A DNA stretch of 63,407 nt, the filler included, from Asterionella formosa (lineage: Eukaryota): the NCBI GenBank assembly GCA_002256025.1. It is 23 parts of 23 records of this genome, joined end to end, with 100 filler letters (N's around TTAATTAATTAA, not from the genome) between each part and the next. Parts side by side here need not be neighbours in the genome. Positions count along the whole stretch, not along the records: positions 22,378 to 40,867 come from NKIB01004014.1; positions 40,968 to 42,120 come from NKIB01004015.1; positions 42,221 to 43,373 come from NKIB01004016.1; positions 43,474 to 44,625 come from NKIB01004017.1; positions 44,726 to 45,878 come from NKIB01004018.1; positions 45,979 to 47,131 come from NKIB01004019.1; positions 47,232 to 48,384 come from NKIB01004020.1; positions 48,485 to 49,637 come from NKIB01004021.1; 15 more parts are not named here. One strand, written 5' to 3'. Both the position numbers and the translations under genes were made by a program. Each line of letters begins with the position of its first letter. Position 1 is the first letter of the stretch. Below, piece by piece: positions 38,021 to 50,990 of this stretch. Below the pieces are notes generated by a model, which saw only the letters and a list, made by a program, of their open reading frames with translations, was not told the DNA's origin and did no database searches.

Positions 38021-39523
38021 TCAATTTTCATTTTCATGTTGTTCTAAATGCGCATGTTGATGTGAGGAGTAATGTCGCAAGGTCACCAATAATGCGGAGA
38101 AAGCATCCGGGTATCCATAACTTCCCTGATCCAATCCATAGCTGAGCAATCTTGCAGCCTCCATCAAATTTTTTCGCAACCGCCTAATCTTGTCCGGTTC
38201 CCTCAGAAGGGCTTCCAACCTTGGTTTCATGCATTTCAATCCGCAATCCCCATCAATTTGAACAACAAAAGAAGTATAGTCAATTCCAGCCATCGTATCA
38301 TTGAAGAATACACCTCGTCCAAAGGGATAGCATCGGCGAATAGAGCTTCTATTTCTATGAAACCAGCTTGACCATCCTTTCTCATCACTAGTGTATTGAA
38401 GAACGACGGGTATGCACCCACTGAGAATGACATCGAAGAACCTCTTCTGGCCAGTGTCGTCACCAGCCAAAATCGGGCAAAATGTAGAGTTTCGATAGAT
38501 GTCCATGGCAATGTCGTGCCTTTTGAGATTCCGGTCATTGGCAGATGTGGATAGGTATATCGGCTTTCCGAAAATATTGTCTCCAAGCAAGGCGGTTGCA
38601 TTTTCAAAAAACTCCATTCTCACCTTTAGGTGTTTTGGAGTTCCCATAATAGCAGCAAGGCCGTAGAAACGATGTCGATCCAGCCACCAAGATCTGGATA
38701 ATGCATTCAGATTATTGGGCTGATATTCGGAATCAGTATTGACGTAAGGGACGACAAGTGAACCACAGTTACCATTAACGTCCATTCCTTGCTTGCGGCA
38801 ACCATCAGCGGGACCAAGGGAAAGGTGAAGGGGGGTCTTTTTGCGTAATGGGGGGTTGGCTAGGTTCCAGTCTGATCCAAATATAAACAAGTGCTTGGAT
38901 GTATAGTTTTTGAAATATTCCATTCGCTCGATTATTTCCTTGTCGATGAATTTGTATGAATACGAGCACATGATCTTTGTCGGATTATTTTGCCGACATA
39001 AGCAATGTGACTTGTGGGGATACGGGACAATGAAAATGTCGGCTTCCCTTGGGTCCTTCGTAACGTACTCGTAGCTCAGGAACCGCTTCAATAATACGAC
39101 ATCGTTATTGAAATTGGTTCGATACAGGTTGTAGAAAGGAAATGTCCCTGATGAGTTTTCGTTGCAAATTAGTGGTTCCCATCCGCAATTGTTGGACTTG
39201 TCTGCGTTATATTTGCTGTCAATGCATGTCGATACAGCGTGAATGCTGAATTCTTCTGCAAATGATTCATAAATGAACAATTTCAGAGGCGGTTTGCTCA
39301 GCCATTCACTTAGATGAGGGGAGTCTCGATAGAGCAGCTTTGTTGTCTGTCGCCAGACCGAGTCAATGTCAGTTCGCTTTCGCTTTTCCAATGGCGAATC
39401 GTCAATTCTGGCGTCATTTTCCCAATGAACAAGACGAAGTGCATTCAAGTAGAAACGGATAGCGCACGCAGAGAAAACCAATGCAGCCACCTCAAGCCAC
39501 CGTCGGTCAAGCACCATTGCCAT
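38021..39523 (-). CDS. Exostosin-family (GT47) glycosyltransferase, type II membrane protein, 500 aa
   Basis: N-terminal TM, LKLFIYE, TKDPREADIFIVPY, STFCPILAGD...KRFFDVILSGCIPVV. Confidence 0.9.
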   Translation of the reverse strand: MAMVLDRRWLEVAALVFSACAIRFYLNALRLVHWENDARIDDSPLEKRKRTDIDSVWRQTTKLLYRDSPHLSEWLSKPPLKLFIYESFAEEFSIHAVSTCIDSKYNADKSNNCGWEPLICNENSSGTFPFYNLYRTNFNNDVVLLKRFLSYEYVTKDPREADIFIVPYPHKSHCLCRQNNPTKIMCSYSYKFIDKEIIERMEYFKNYTSKHLFIFGSDWNLANPPLRKKTPLHLSLGPADGCRKQGMDVNGNCGSLVVPYVNTDSEYQPNNLNALSRSWWLDRHRFYGLAAIMGTPKHLKVRMEFFENATALLGDNIFGKPIYLSTSANDRNLKRHDIAMDIYRNSTFCPILAGDDTGQKRFFDVILSGCIPVVLQYTSDEKGWSSWFHRNRSSIRRCYPFGRGVFFNDTMAGIDYTSFVVQIDGDCGLKCMKPRLEALLREPDKIRRLRKNLMEAARLLSYGLDQGSYGYPDAFSALLVTLRHYSSHQHAHLEQHENEN

Positions 39524-39994
39524 CCATGACTACCGGTATATGTGAGACATTTATATCATATAACAGTCAGGACTTGCGAAACGGTACCAGGTACCATATT
39601 AGCTAGGTACCACTATGATGTTGAAAACATCATTACGACCTGGTACCTACCGGTATTGTCAGTGGGTATTATTTTCGCATAACGGTATTCTTCGTATGTT
39701 CAAACCGCCGGAAGGTAAGGAGCCCTCTTGCTATTTATTTAGCCTTATCTCCCATATACCGGCAGGGCCGGCCGACCATCTTTTATCGAACCTCCGCCAT
39801 CCTTAGCGCCAAGGCACCCATCACTTTTATATGCCGGTATATAGTCTATGGGTATGTAAAAACCATGTTACGTACAGTACAGTACCGGTAGGTATCATTC
39901 GCTGATCACACAGCCACCATTTTTAAGATGTAGACTACTTATATACCAGGGTACCAGGTACCTCCAATAGATTCTTGAATAAATTTCAAGAGCG

Positions 39995-40867
39995 ATGAAT
40001 GCAAAAGTTATTTATATAAGGATTGGAATCGTATCTGCCATTGCATTGTTAACAGGCCTGTCTATTTATTGCAGCACACAGATTAGCGGTAGTGTTGAAT
40101 CTGGCCAAAGCTTGGCCCCGATAGACGATGTTCCACGCATTATTATGCAACGTCCACGGAGAGTGCGACCTGTCAAACCTGAATCTAGCTGGCAGCAGAC
40201 AGTTCGATTGATCTACGCAGATTCACCCAATCTCCAACGATGGCTGGACGATGAGCCACTGAAGGTCTACATATACGACACGCTAGATGAACAACTCTCG
40301 ATCCAAAACATATCTCAATGCATTGAGCAACGCTTCGCTGTGTCTACAATAAAATGTGGCTACTACCCAAAGATTTGTAACGCTTCCGACAGCGGCATCC
40401 TGGGGAAATTTCACAATAATTACAACTCAGATGTGGTGACAATAAAGCGCTTCTTAGAATATCCTCACCAGACCAAGGATCCACAGGAGGCTGATTTGTT
40501 TTTCGTCCCATACCCGCATAAGTCGCACTGCCTCTGTCACCAGAAGGACTTCACCAGGACTAGGTGCAAATTCAACATAAAATGGATTCGTGAGCATGTA
40601 CTGGATCGATTGTTGTACTACAATTCAACCACTAAAGTCAAGCATCTATTTGTCTTGGGGTCTGACTATGAGCAATCGAATCCACCTTTTCGACGAGAAA
40701 TAGCAATGGACATTTCACTAGGACCAGCTGGAGGGTGTCGACCGAATCGTCATTCCAAAGGCAAGCATTGGAGTGAGATTTGTGGAAGCTTTACAATGCC
40801 CTATATCAATACCATGGCTGATGTGCAACCAAGTGCAGTGGCAGCCTTGTCCAAAGGGTGGTGGGTT
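39995..40867 (+). CDS. Exostosin-family (GT47) paralog, 3'-truncated by the contig end
   Basis: N-terminal TM, LKVYIYD, TKDPQEADLFFVPYPHKSHCLC; colinear with the 38021-39523 protein. Confidence 0.88.
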
Positions 40868-41610
40868 NNNNNNNNNNNNNNNNNNNNNNNNNNNNNNNNN
40901 NNNNNNNNNNNTTAATTAATTAANNNNNNNNNNNNNNNNNNNNNNNNNNNNNNNNNNNNNNNNNNNNCCACTGTATGATGTAAAACTCAAACAGACACGC
41001 AAGGGATTGGCAGACATTTGAGATACAAAGCAGGAAGAAAGGGCAATATACATCAATCACGACCGTCGATCTCATGAAATCTCGTTGTGCCCAATATTAT
41101 TCCCATAGTGTAATTTGCGATATGCGCTGTTCTATGGCGATCGCTGGGCAAACATGTCAAGTTTTTCGGAATTGAATGTATCAGTCGACGCCGATGCATT
41201 TATTACACATAGGGACCAATTTTGATATTTTGGTGAGACTATCAGGTCGACAGTCATTTTGCCGCTATGTGTTCGTGATTGTCGAAATTTCCAAACGACA
41301 GCGGTGCTGCTGTACGTAAGTACCAGGTAGCATGCTCTGTATTTATAACTGTACTTTGGTATTTTGATCGTATACACATACACTAGCCACCTACTGGTAA
41401 TTGTCTCGATGAAGCTACACACACAGTGTTCTACAGTACCGGTAGTACTACTAACAACGATTATTTCCATGATTTTATTTCATGACATAATTTCTTGTTT
41501 GAAAATATTTCATTGATCTGTTGATTCCTGTGGTACCCGTACTCATGCTCCTAAAGTAGTACATTCTTCTCTTGCTCTCAATTATCAAACGCAAGACACG
41601 CACGCCCCCC

Positions 41611-42120
41611 ATGAGTCCGCAATCTCAAACAGCTTACAATACTCTGTTTACTATTCAAACAGATTCGTTGGACCGTCGGTTGCGTCATAGCACAACAGTC
41701 GACCTGTTGCCCCATCATGGAGCAACAGCACCAGCCACAGATGCTGCTCCACGATCTCACGGTGAACATTTTCGTGCTGCCACGCAAGTACCATCCTTGC
41801 TGCCAGAACATGTTCCAGTACCAAGATCCCGAACATACTCGGCCACAACGACGACGACAACGACGACGATTGTCCCACAACTGCGAACGAGAGAAATTGA
41901 ATACGCGTCTGGGTGTGGGACAACGTCACCACCTCCATTAAACAATGCTCTGCTGCGTCGAAGGAGCATATCTCAACCACGTGCTGACGAATACAGACCA
42001 TCGTCTCAATCGGCCTCGTCCCAGCATGTGTATCATCGCTATTCTTCGGAGCAGAATGATAACTGTGAACCATCCTCCGCCAAGTCAAAGTTTTCCACAC
42101 AGCAATGGATTCAGCTGTTT
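41611..42120 (+). CDS. Hypothetical low-complexity protein, N-terminal part
   Basis: GC-richer ORF open to the contig edge, preceded by a GTAC-rich intergenic tract. Confidence 0.45.
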
Positions 42121-42220
42121 NNNNNNNNNNNNNNNNNNNNNNNNNNNNNNNNNNNNNNNNNNNNTTAATTAATTAANNNNNNNNNNNNNNNNNNNNNNNN
42201 NNNNNNNNNNNNNNNNNNNN

Positions 42221-42540
42221 TCTAGACCAATAGAAACGATTCCTTTGTTTGGCTACGGTCTGACTCTAATCGACCAAATACCTGATATTTGGTCAATAAG
42301 GGGGTCATCCTCAATCAAGACCAAAGCATATTTGGTCTTGGTTGATGCGGTGGCTAAAATATTTTTGCTTTTTCGACCAAGACAACACATTATGATGTGT
42401 AATGACTCCCAACTGCAATTATTGGCTTGGTATTTGGTCGATGCGGTGGAGATGCTTGAAGGTGGCCATAAAATTTCCCAAATACGAACACGAAGATTTT
42501 GCCCCTATAGCTTTGATCTTCGCATTTCGGGCACGGTGGC
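42221..42540. mobile_element. Transposon terminus related to the 12795-15514 Harbinger
   Basis: AAGGTGGCCATAA.ATTT...GATTTTGCC...ATCTTCG.ATTTCGGGCAC matches 15417-15501; repeated GACCAA/TTGGTC motifs. Confidence 0.65.
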
Positions 42541-42959
42541 GTCAAAATACGGGTCAACACATGCCAACTACCGGTGCCGGGTAATAAAATAATTACCGGT
42601 ACGGTACCGTAATTGGTAAAATTAAACCCAAGTTGTATTTTCCCGTAGGCCTCTGGTATGTGTCTACTGGGTCATTTTGATACTGGCACGGTATTGATCT
42701 GAAAATACTAGTGGAAGCACCGTGTTATGGCTGGGTGCATGATCGAAGAACATATAGTAGCTCTAGTAGGCCTGGTACAAACCATTATTTCTAAAAATAT
42801 AGCTAAATATTTTGTGCGATGAATCTCTTGTTGTTACAACCATCACCATGTTGATTGCGCTCGGTTGGTTCCCTTTGCTTCCCTTCAGTGCCTTGTGTTT
42901 TGCGATATAGTATTAGAACCGTGATCATAGCGCTGATCGGAAACCAAACCGCAAAACAG

Positions 42960-43373
42960 ATGACATCAAACTTTCAGTTGTTTGGACGATATTTTTCTTT
43001 GGTGATGGCGGAGTCATCACTACGTGGGCGCTGGATTCCGGCCGACCTCCTCATTCACTACATGAACCAAAAATTCAACATTGGAAGCGACATGCTATTG
43101 ACTACGCGAACATTGATGACATACATGAACAAGTGCTACCCTTCAATGTCCTATGATCCCAATAGAATCACCATTCCAAGTGGCACAGTGGTGGACTTCT
43201 ATAGAGCCAACTGTCAAGTCAAGAGCGTCCGCTACAACCTATTCTTCTTTTCTGACCATGGTTCTCCTGCTCCTTTGTTTCCGAAGAACAGTAATGTCGC
43301 TTCTTTTCTTAATAATAGCGTCACAAAGCGACTATTAGGGGGTTCAAGGCAAATTCGAACTGCAGAGGTGATG
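42960..43373 (+). CDS. N-terminus of an unknown multicopy protein (likely TE-borne)
   Basis: GRWIPADLLIHYMNQKFNIGSDM matches the decayed GCWIPAHLLVHYMNHHFKFGNDM near 63110-63210 (-). Confidence 0.5.
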
Positions 43374-43619
43374 NNNNNNNNNNNNNNNNNNNNNNNNNNN
43401 NNNNNNNNNNNNNNNNNTTAATTAATTAANNNNNNNNNNNNNNNNNNNNNNNNNNNNNNNNNNNNNNNNNNNNTCTCATGATGACCAAACCTCATCATCT
43501 GAAGATGAGGAGGATGAAACAACTGGTAGTATTTATGGATTGTAATGACTAATATTTTGATAGTGGTGTGTTAATCTTAATAATTATGTAATTGATGGAG
43601 CTCCAGAGGATTTCATTTC

Positions 43620-44150
43620 TTTCAACTTGGAAGGTGTGAGTTAGAGCCTTCTCCCTTCCTATGCATTGAGTGAGAAGACCGGCAGTGCAGTGAGGATTCA
43701 AAAACTGCAAACAATCAAAGGATACAATGAAACCAGGAAATCCAAGAATTTAATAGTGGTCGTATATATGCTTTGTGGAATCAACTGATTCAGGAAACAC
43801 AATCCATTTGTTCTGTTTCAAGCTCATCCACTCAACTAAACTAAAGATGAAAATCCAGTTTCCCCTGCTTATTCCAGTGATTCCGTCAAGGGAATCAAAA
43901 TTTACATCCCTTGCCAGAGCTCACATTCCTGTTAGGACAAGAATACGATAATTATAACATGACCCTTGTACCTTAATGTCACTTTGTCTTCTGGTATCAG
44001 CTTCAATGGAATAGTCCCTGCAGATGCAATCGACAATTTCATAGGAAGAAACCAAAATCTGCTTCTGAAAACTGCACCAAGTTTTGAATCTGCATTCCAA
44101 ATAATCTATAGGCTTTCTGTTCATGCAATCCTTAGTCTTGATAATGTATC
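43620..44150 (-). pseudogene. Decayed Harbinger Plant_tran-type transposase, N-terminal half
   Basis: Manual translation gives SKLGAVFRSRF, ALARDVNFDSLDGITGIS and HY*ILGFPGFIVSFDC...HCTAGLLTQCIGK, which resembles GFPGCIGSIDC...CP...GK. Confidence 0.6.
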
Positions 44151-44725
44151 GGGTGTAGAGAATAAAGCTCGTCGATGTTTCAGGACCAAGTGACGCCTTA
44201 CCCTCTCCTTTAGAACATCATTGAGCACCGATTCCTTTCTTCATCTTCTGTGGCTTCCTTAACAATCAAATCCAACACTTCATTGACTACGCAATCATAA
44301 AGAGAGTATCTTGCCAATGACTACCAGTGGCGACCCATCATAGAGAAGGACAAGGTCATGGTGCAGTGGTGATCAATTGATCTATAGTCATGATGATTGC
44401 AATTGGAAATTATATATTTATAAAAATACTGGTGGTGATGTCATGATATGCCGGTATGTTCATAAAATATTTGTAATGATGAGACAGTCAATCTAATCAA
44501 ACTCTTTTATCGCCATTATTCTATCTAGTGTTCTGGATGCGAATCAAATTTCACAATCTGACTGAATTTCCGAGGAAATTCGTCAGTGTCAAGAAGAACG
44601 TCGAATTCACTGATGTGAAAAAAAANNNNNNNNNNNNNNNNNNNNNNNNNNNNNNNNNNNNNNNNNNNNTTAATTAATTAANNNNNNNNNNNNNNNNNNN
44701 NNNNNNNNNNNNNNNNNNNNNNNNN

Positions 44726-45878
44726 GTACAAGGCTGCCAAAGAGAGGGCGCGGAAGGTGATCCGCCTCTCGGGTAGGCGGGCATGGTATAAGGCAATTAG
44801 GGAGGCTCACGTCAATATGCGCGAGAAACCTCGCCACTATTGGCGGTGGGCCTCAGCGACTGCAGGATGGCGCCAGAAGAGCAGCATCGCAGGTGTCCAA
44901 CCGGTCCTTGGCCCGGACGGACGCCTGCTGCCAGCTTTGACTGATATTCATCAGGCCTGGGGAGCGCACTATGCCTCTCTAGCAGCAGATGAAACCGGTC
45001 ATAGCCAGGAGGCCCAATATTGGGAGAAATTTGACCCGCACCCACAGGCAAATGAGGGGATCCGTTCGCTGGACGAACCCTTCACAACCTCCGATATTTG
45101 GACTGCCCTGAGGAAGATGAAGAGCCATCGTGCTCCGGGCGGTGACGGGATACCCACTGAACTGCTACAGGCATGTTTGGCGGAGGAACGGGCCCTACTT
45201 TCCCACCTTCAAAACTATCGGGAAGAGGAGCCCGCCCCGCCACCATCCGCTCCAATGACGGACTCACTAGGAACCCTACTCAACTTTGCGTATGAGAGGG
45301 GACTGGTGGCCCAGTCGTGGGCTGAGTCACTGGTCGTCTCAATACCTAAGAAAGGGGACTTGGCTGATATGAACAACTATCGGGGGATTTCGCTCATGGC
45401 CACTGTCCTCAAGGTGGTGTGTGTGATCCTTGGTACCAGGATAAATGTGGAAGCGGAATCTCGAGGGCTGTTTAGCCGAGCCCAGGCTGGCTTTCGCCAG
45501 AGAGAGGAATGTGTAACCCAGGTAGCCTGTGTCATGGAAATCATACAACGCCGGAGGATAGTGGGAGAGCCGACCTACGTGGTATTCGTAGACCTCAAGA
45601 AGGCATATGATACGGTGCCCCACGAGGCGCTCTTTGCGAAACTATCCAGGTTTGGGATCAGGGGACGTTGCCTTGCTTTTCTACGTGCCCTTTATCGCAG
45701 CAGTACAATCAGGGTACGAGTGGGGGGTGGCTTGACTGCCCTGTACTCGGACCCCTGCAGACTGTTGCGAGGTGTGCGGCAGGGTTGCCCTCTTTCGCCT
45801 ATACTGTTCAACATCTTCATTGATGACTTGGCAGTGGGGACGGAGGAGAGCGGTGCCCTGGTACCAACTGGGGACAGT
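44726..45878 (+). mobile_element. LINE ORF2 reverse transcriptase fragment, copy 1
   Basis: RAPGGDGIP, IPKKGD...NYRGISL, QAGFR, FVDLKKAYDTV, RGVRQGCPLSPILFNIFIDDL; open across the whole contig. Confidence 0.96.
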
Positions 45879-45978
45879 NNNNNNNNNNNNNNNNNNNNNN
45901 NNNNNNNNNNNNNNNNNNNNNNTTAATTAATTAANNNNNNNNNNNNNNNNNNNNNNNNNNNNNNNNNNNNNNNNNNNN

Positions 45979-47131
45979 GTACAAGGCTGCCAAAGAGAGG
46001 GCGCGGAAGGTGATCCGCCTCTCGGGTAGGCGGGCATGGTATAAGGCAATTAGGGAGGCTCACGTCAATATGCGCGAGAAACCTCGCCACTATTGGCGGT
46101 GGGCCTCAGCGACTGCAGGATGGCGCCAGAAGAGCAGCATCGCAGGTGTCCAACCGGTCCTTGGCCCGGATGGACGCCTGCTGCCAGCTTTGACTGATAT
46201 TCATCAGGCCTGGGGAGCGCACTATGCCTCTCTAGCAGCAGATGAAACCGGTCATAGCCAGGAGGCCCAATATTGGGAGAAATTTGACCCGCACCCACAG
46301 GCAAATGAGGGGATCCGTTCGCTGGACGAACCCTTCACAACCTCCGATATTTGGACTGCCCTGAGGAAGATGAAGAGCCATCGTGCTCCGGGCGGTGACG
46401 GGATACCCACTGAACTGCTACAGGCATGTTTGGCGGAGGAACGGGCCCTACTTTCCCACCTTCAAAACTATCGGGAAGAGGAGCCCGCCCCGCCACCATC
46501 CGCTCCAATGACGGACTCACTAGGAACCCTACTCAACTTTGCGTATGAGAGGGGACTGGTGGCCCAGTCGTGGGCTGAGTCACTGGTCGTCTCAATACCT
46601 AAGAAAGGGGACTTGGCTGATATGAACAACTATCGGGGGATTTCGCTCATGGCCACTGTCCTCAAGGTGGTGTGTGTGATCCTTGGTACCAGGATAAATG
46701 TGGAAGCGGAATCTCGAGGGCTGTTTAGCCGAGCCCAGGCTGGCTTTCGCCAGAGAGAGGAATGTGTAACCCAGGTAGCCTGTGTCATGGAAATCATACA
46801 ACGCCGGAGGATAGTGGGAGAGCCGACCTACGTGGTATTCGTAGACCTCAAGAAGGCATATGATACGGTGCCCCACGAGGCGCTCTTTGCGAAACTATCC
46901 AGGTTTGGGATCAGGGGACGTTGCCTTGCTTTTCTACGTGCCCTTTATCGCAGCAGTACAATCAGGGTACGAGTGGGGGGTGGCTTGACTGCCCTGTACT
47001 CGGACCCCTGCAGACTGTTGCGAGGTGTGCGGCAGGGTTGCCCTCTTTCGCCTATACTGTTCAACATCTTCATTGATGACTTGGCAGTGGGGACGGAGGA
47101 GAGCGGTGCCCTGGTACCAACTGGGGACAGT
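45979..47131 (+). mobile_element. LINE RT fragment, copy 2
   Basis: Near-identical to copy 1, same ends. Confidence 0.96.
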
Positions 47132-47231
47132 NNNNNNNNNNNNNNNNNNNNNNNNNNNNNNNNNNNNNNNNNNNNTTAATTAATTAANNNNNNNNNNNNN
47201 NNNNNNNNNNNNNNNNNNNNNNNNNNNNNNN

Positions 47232-48384
47232 ACTGTCCCCAGTTGGTACCAGGGCACCGCTCTCCTCCGTCCCCACTGCCAAGTCATCAATGAAGATGTT
47301 GAACAGTATAGGCGAAAGAGGGCAACCCTGCCGCACACCTCGCAACAGTCTGCAGGGGTCCGAGTACAGGGCAGTCAAGCCACCCCCCACTCGTACCCTG
47401 ATTGTACTGCTGCGATAAAGGGCACGTAGAAAAGCAAGGCAACGTCCCCTGATCCCAAACCTGGATAGTTTCGCAAAGAGCGCCTCGTGGGGCACCGTAT
47501 CATATGCCTTCTTGAGGTCTACGAATACCACGTAGGTCGGCTCTCCCACTATCCTCCGGCGTTGTATGATTTCCATGACACAGGCTACCTGGGTTACACA
47601 TTCCTCTCTCTGGCGAAAGCCAGCCTGGGCTCGGCTAAACAGCCCTCGAGATTCCGCTTCCACATTTATCCTGGTACCAAGGATCACACACACCACCTTG
47701 AGGACAGTGGCCATGAGCGAAATCCCCCGATAGTTGTTCATATCAGCCAAGTCCCCTTTCTTAGGTATTGAGACGACCAGTGACTCAGCCCACGACTGGG
47801 CCACCAGTCCCCTCTCATACGCAAAGTTGAGTAGGGTTCCTAGTGAGTCCGTCATTGGAGCGGATGGTGGCGGGGCGGGCTCCTCTTCCCGATAGTTTTG
47901 AAGGTGGGAAAGTAGGGCCCGTTCCTCCGCCAAACATGCCTGTAGCAGTTCAGTGGGTATCCCGTCACCGCCCGGAGCACGATGGCTCTTCATCTTCCTC
48001 AGGGCAGTCCAAATATCGGAGGTTGTGAAGGGTTCGTCCAGCGAACGGATCCCCTCATTTGCCTGTGGGTGCGGGTCAAATTTCTCCCAATATTGGGCCT
48101 CCTGGCTATGACCGGTTTCATCTGCTGCTAGAGAGGCATAGTGCGCTCCCCAGGCCTGATGAATATCAGTCAAAGCTGTCAGCAGGCGGCCGTCCGGGCC
48201 AAGGACCGGTTGGACACCTGCGATGCTGCTCTTCTGGCGCCATCCTGCAGTCGCTGAGGCCCACCGCCAATAGTGGCGAGGTTTCTCGCGCATATTGACG
48301 TGAGCCTCCCTAATTGCCTTATACCATGCCCGCCTACCCGAGAGGCGGATCACCTTCCGCGCCCTCTCTTTGGCAGCCTTGTAC
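47232..48384 (-). mobile_element. LINE RT fragment, copy 3
   Basis: Reverse complement of copy 1 with a few SNPs. Confidence 0.96.
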
Positions 48385-48484
48385 NNNNNNNNNNNNNNNN
48401 NNNNNNNNNNNNNNNNNNNNNNNNNNNNTTAATTAATTAANNNNNNNNNNNNNNNNNNNNNNNNNNNNNNNNNNNNNNNNNNNN

Positions 48485-49637
48485 ACTGTCCCCAGTTGGT
48501 ACCAGGGCACCGCTCTCCTCCGTCCCCACTGCCAAGTCATCAATGAAGATGTTGAACAGTATAGGCGAAAGAGGGCAACCCTGCCGCACACCTCGCAACA
48601 GTCTGCAGGGGTCCGAGTACAGGGCAGTCAAGCCACCCCCCACTCGTACCCTGATTGTACTGCTGCGATAAAGGGCACGTAGAAAAGCAAGGCAACGTCC
48701 CCTGATCCCAAACCTGGATAGTTTCGCAAAGAGCGCCTCGTGGGGCACCGTATCATATGCCTTCTTGAGGTCTACGAATACCACGTAGGTCGGCTCTCCC
48801 ACTATCCTCCGGCGTTGTATGATTTCCATGACACAGGCTACCTGGGTTACACATTCCTCTCTCTGGCGAAAGCCAGCCTGGGCTCGGCTAAACAGCCCTC
48901 GAGATTCCGCTTCCACATTTATCCTGGTACCAAGGATCACACACACCACCTTGAGGACAGTGGCCATGAGCGAAATCCCCCGATAGTTGTTCATATCAGC
49001 CAAGTCCCCTTTCTTAGGTATTGAGACGACCAGTGACTCAGCCCACGACTGGGCCACCAGTCCCCTCTCATACGCAAAGTTGAGTAGGGTTCCTAGTGAG
49101 TCCGTCATTGGAGCGGATGGTGGCGGGGCGGGCTCCTCTTCCCGATAGTTTTGAAGGTGGGAAAGTAGGGCCCGTTCCTCCGCCAAACATGCCTGTAGCA
49201 GTTCAGTGGGTATCCCGTCACCGCCCGGAGCACGATGGCTCTTCATCTTCCTCAGGGCAGTCCAAATATCGGAGGTTGTGAAGGGTTCGTCCAGCGAACG
49301 GATCCCCTCATTTGCCTGTGGGGGCGGGTCAAATTTCTCCCAATATTGGGCCTCCTGGCTATGACCGGTTTCATCTGCTGCTAGAGAGGCATAGTGCGCT
49401 CCCCAGGCCTGATGAATATCAGTCAAAGCTGTCAGCAGGCGTCCATCCGGGCCAAGGACCGGTTGGACACCTGCGATGCTGCTCTTCTGGCGCCATCCTG
49501 CAGTCGCTGAGGCCCACCGCCAATAGTGGCGAGGTTTCTCGCGCATATTGACGTGAGCCTCCCTAATTGCCTTATACCATGCCCGCCTACCCGAGAGGCG
49601 GATCACCTTCCGCGCCCTCTCTTTGGCAGCCTTGTAC
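48485..49637 (-). mobile_element. LINE RT fragment, copy 4
   Basis: Reverse complement of copy 1 with a few SNPs. Confidence 0.96.
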
Positions 49638-49737
49638 NNNNNNNNNNNNNNNNNNNNNNNNNNNNNNNNNNNNNNNNNNNNTTAATTAATTAANNNNNNN
49701 NNNNNNNNNNNNNNNNNNNNNNNNNNNNNNNNNNNNN

Positions 49738-50890
49738 ACTGTCCCCAGTTGGTACCAGGGCACCGCTCTCCTCCGTCCCCACTGCCAAGTCATCAATGAA
49801 GATGTTGAACAGTATAGGCGAAAGAGGGCAACCCTGCCGCACACCTCGCAACAGTCTGCAGGGGTCCGAGTACAGGGCAGTCAAGCCACCCCCCACTCGT
49901 ACCCTGATTGTACTGCTGCGATAAAGGGCACGTAGAAAAGCAAGGCAACGTCCCCTGATCCCAAACCTGGATAGTTTCGCAAAGAGCGCCTCGTGGGGCA
50001 CCGTATCATATGCCTTCTTGAGGTCTACGAATACCACGTAGGTCGGCTCTCCCACTATCCTCCGGCGTTGTATGATTTCCATGACACAGGCTACCTGGGT
50101 TACACATTCCTCTCTCTGGCGAAAGCCAGCCTGGGCTCGGCTAAACAGCCCTCGAGATTCCGCTTCCACATTTATCCTGGTACCAAGGATCACACACACC
50201 ACCTTGAGGACAGTGGCCATGAGCGAAATCCCCCGATAGTTGTTCATATCAGCCAAGTCCCCTTTCTTAGGTATTGAGACGACCAGTGACTCAGCCCACG
50301 ACTGGGCCACCAGTCCCCTCTCATACGCAAAGTTGAGTAGGGTTCCTAGTGAGTCCGTCATTGGAGCGGATGGTGGCGGGGCGGGCTCCTCTTCCCGATA
50401 GTTTTGAAGGTGGGAAAGTAGGGCCCGTTCCTCCGCCAAACATGCCTGTAGCAGTTCAGTGGGTATCCCGTCACCGCCCGGAGCACGATGGCTCTTCATC
50501 TTCCTCAGGGCAGTCCAAATATCGGAGGTTGTGAAGGGTTCGTCCAGCGAACGGATCCCCTCATTTGCCTGTGGGTGCGGGTCAAATTTCTCCCAATATT
50601 GGGCCTCCTGGCTATGACCGGTTTCATCTGCTGCTAGAGAGGCATAGTGCGCTCCCCAGGCCTGATGAATATCAGTCAAAGCTGTCAGCAGGCGGCCATC
50701 CGGGCCAAGGACCGGTTGGACACCTGCGATGCTGCTCTTCTGGCGCCATCCTGCAGTCGCTGAGGCCCACCGCCAATAGTGGCGAGGTTTCTCGCGCATA
50801 TTGACGTGAGCCTCCCTAATTGCCTTATACCATGCCCGCCTACCCGAGAGGCGGATCACCTTCCGCGCCCTCTCTTTGGCAGCCTTGTAC
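49738..50890 (-). mobile_element. LINE RT fragment, copy 5
   Basis: Reverse complement of copy 1 with a few SNPs. Confidence 0.96.
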
Positions 50891-50990
50891 NNNNNNNNNN
50901 NNNNNNNNNNNNNNNNNNNNNNNNNNNNNNNNNNTTAATTAATTAANNNNNNNNNNNNNNNNNNNNNNNNNNNNNNNNNNNNNNNNNNNN

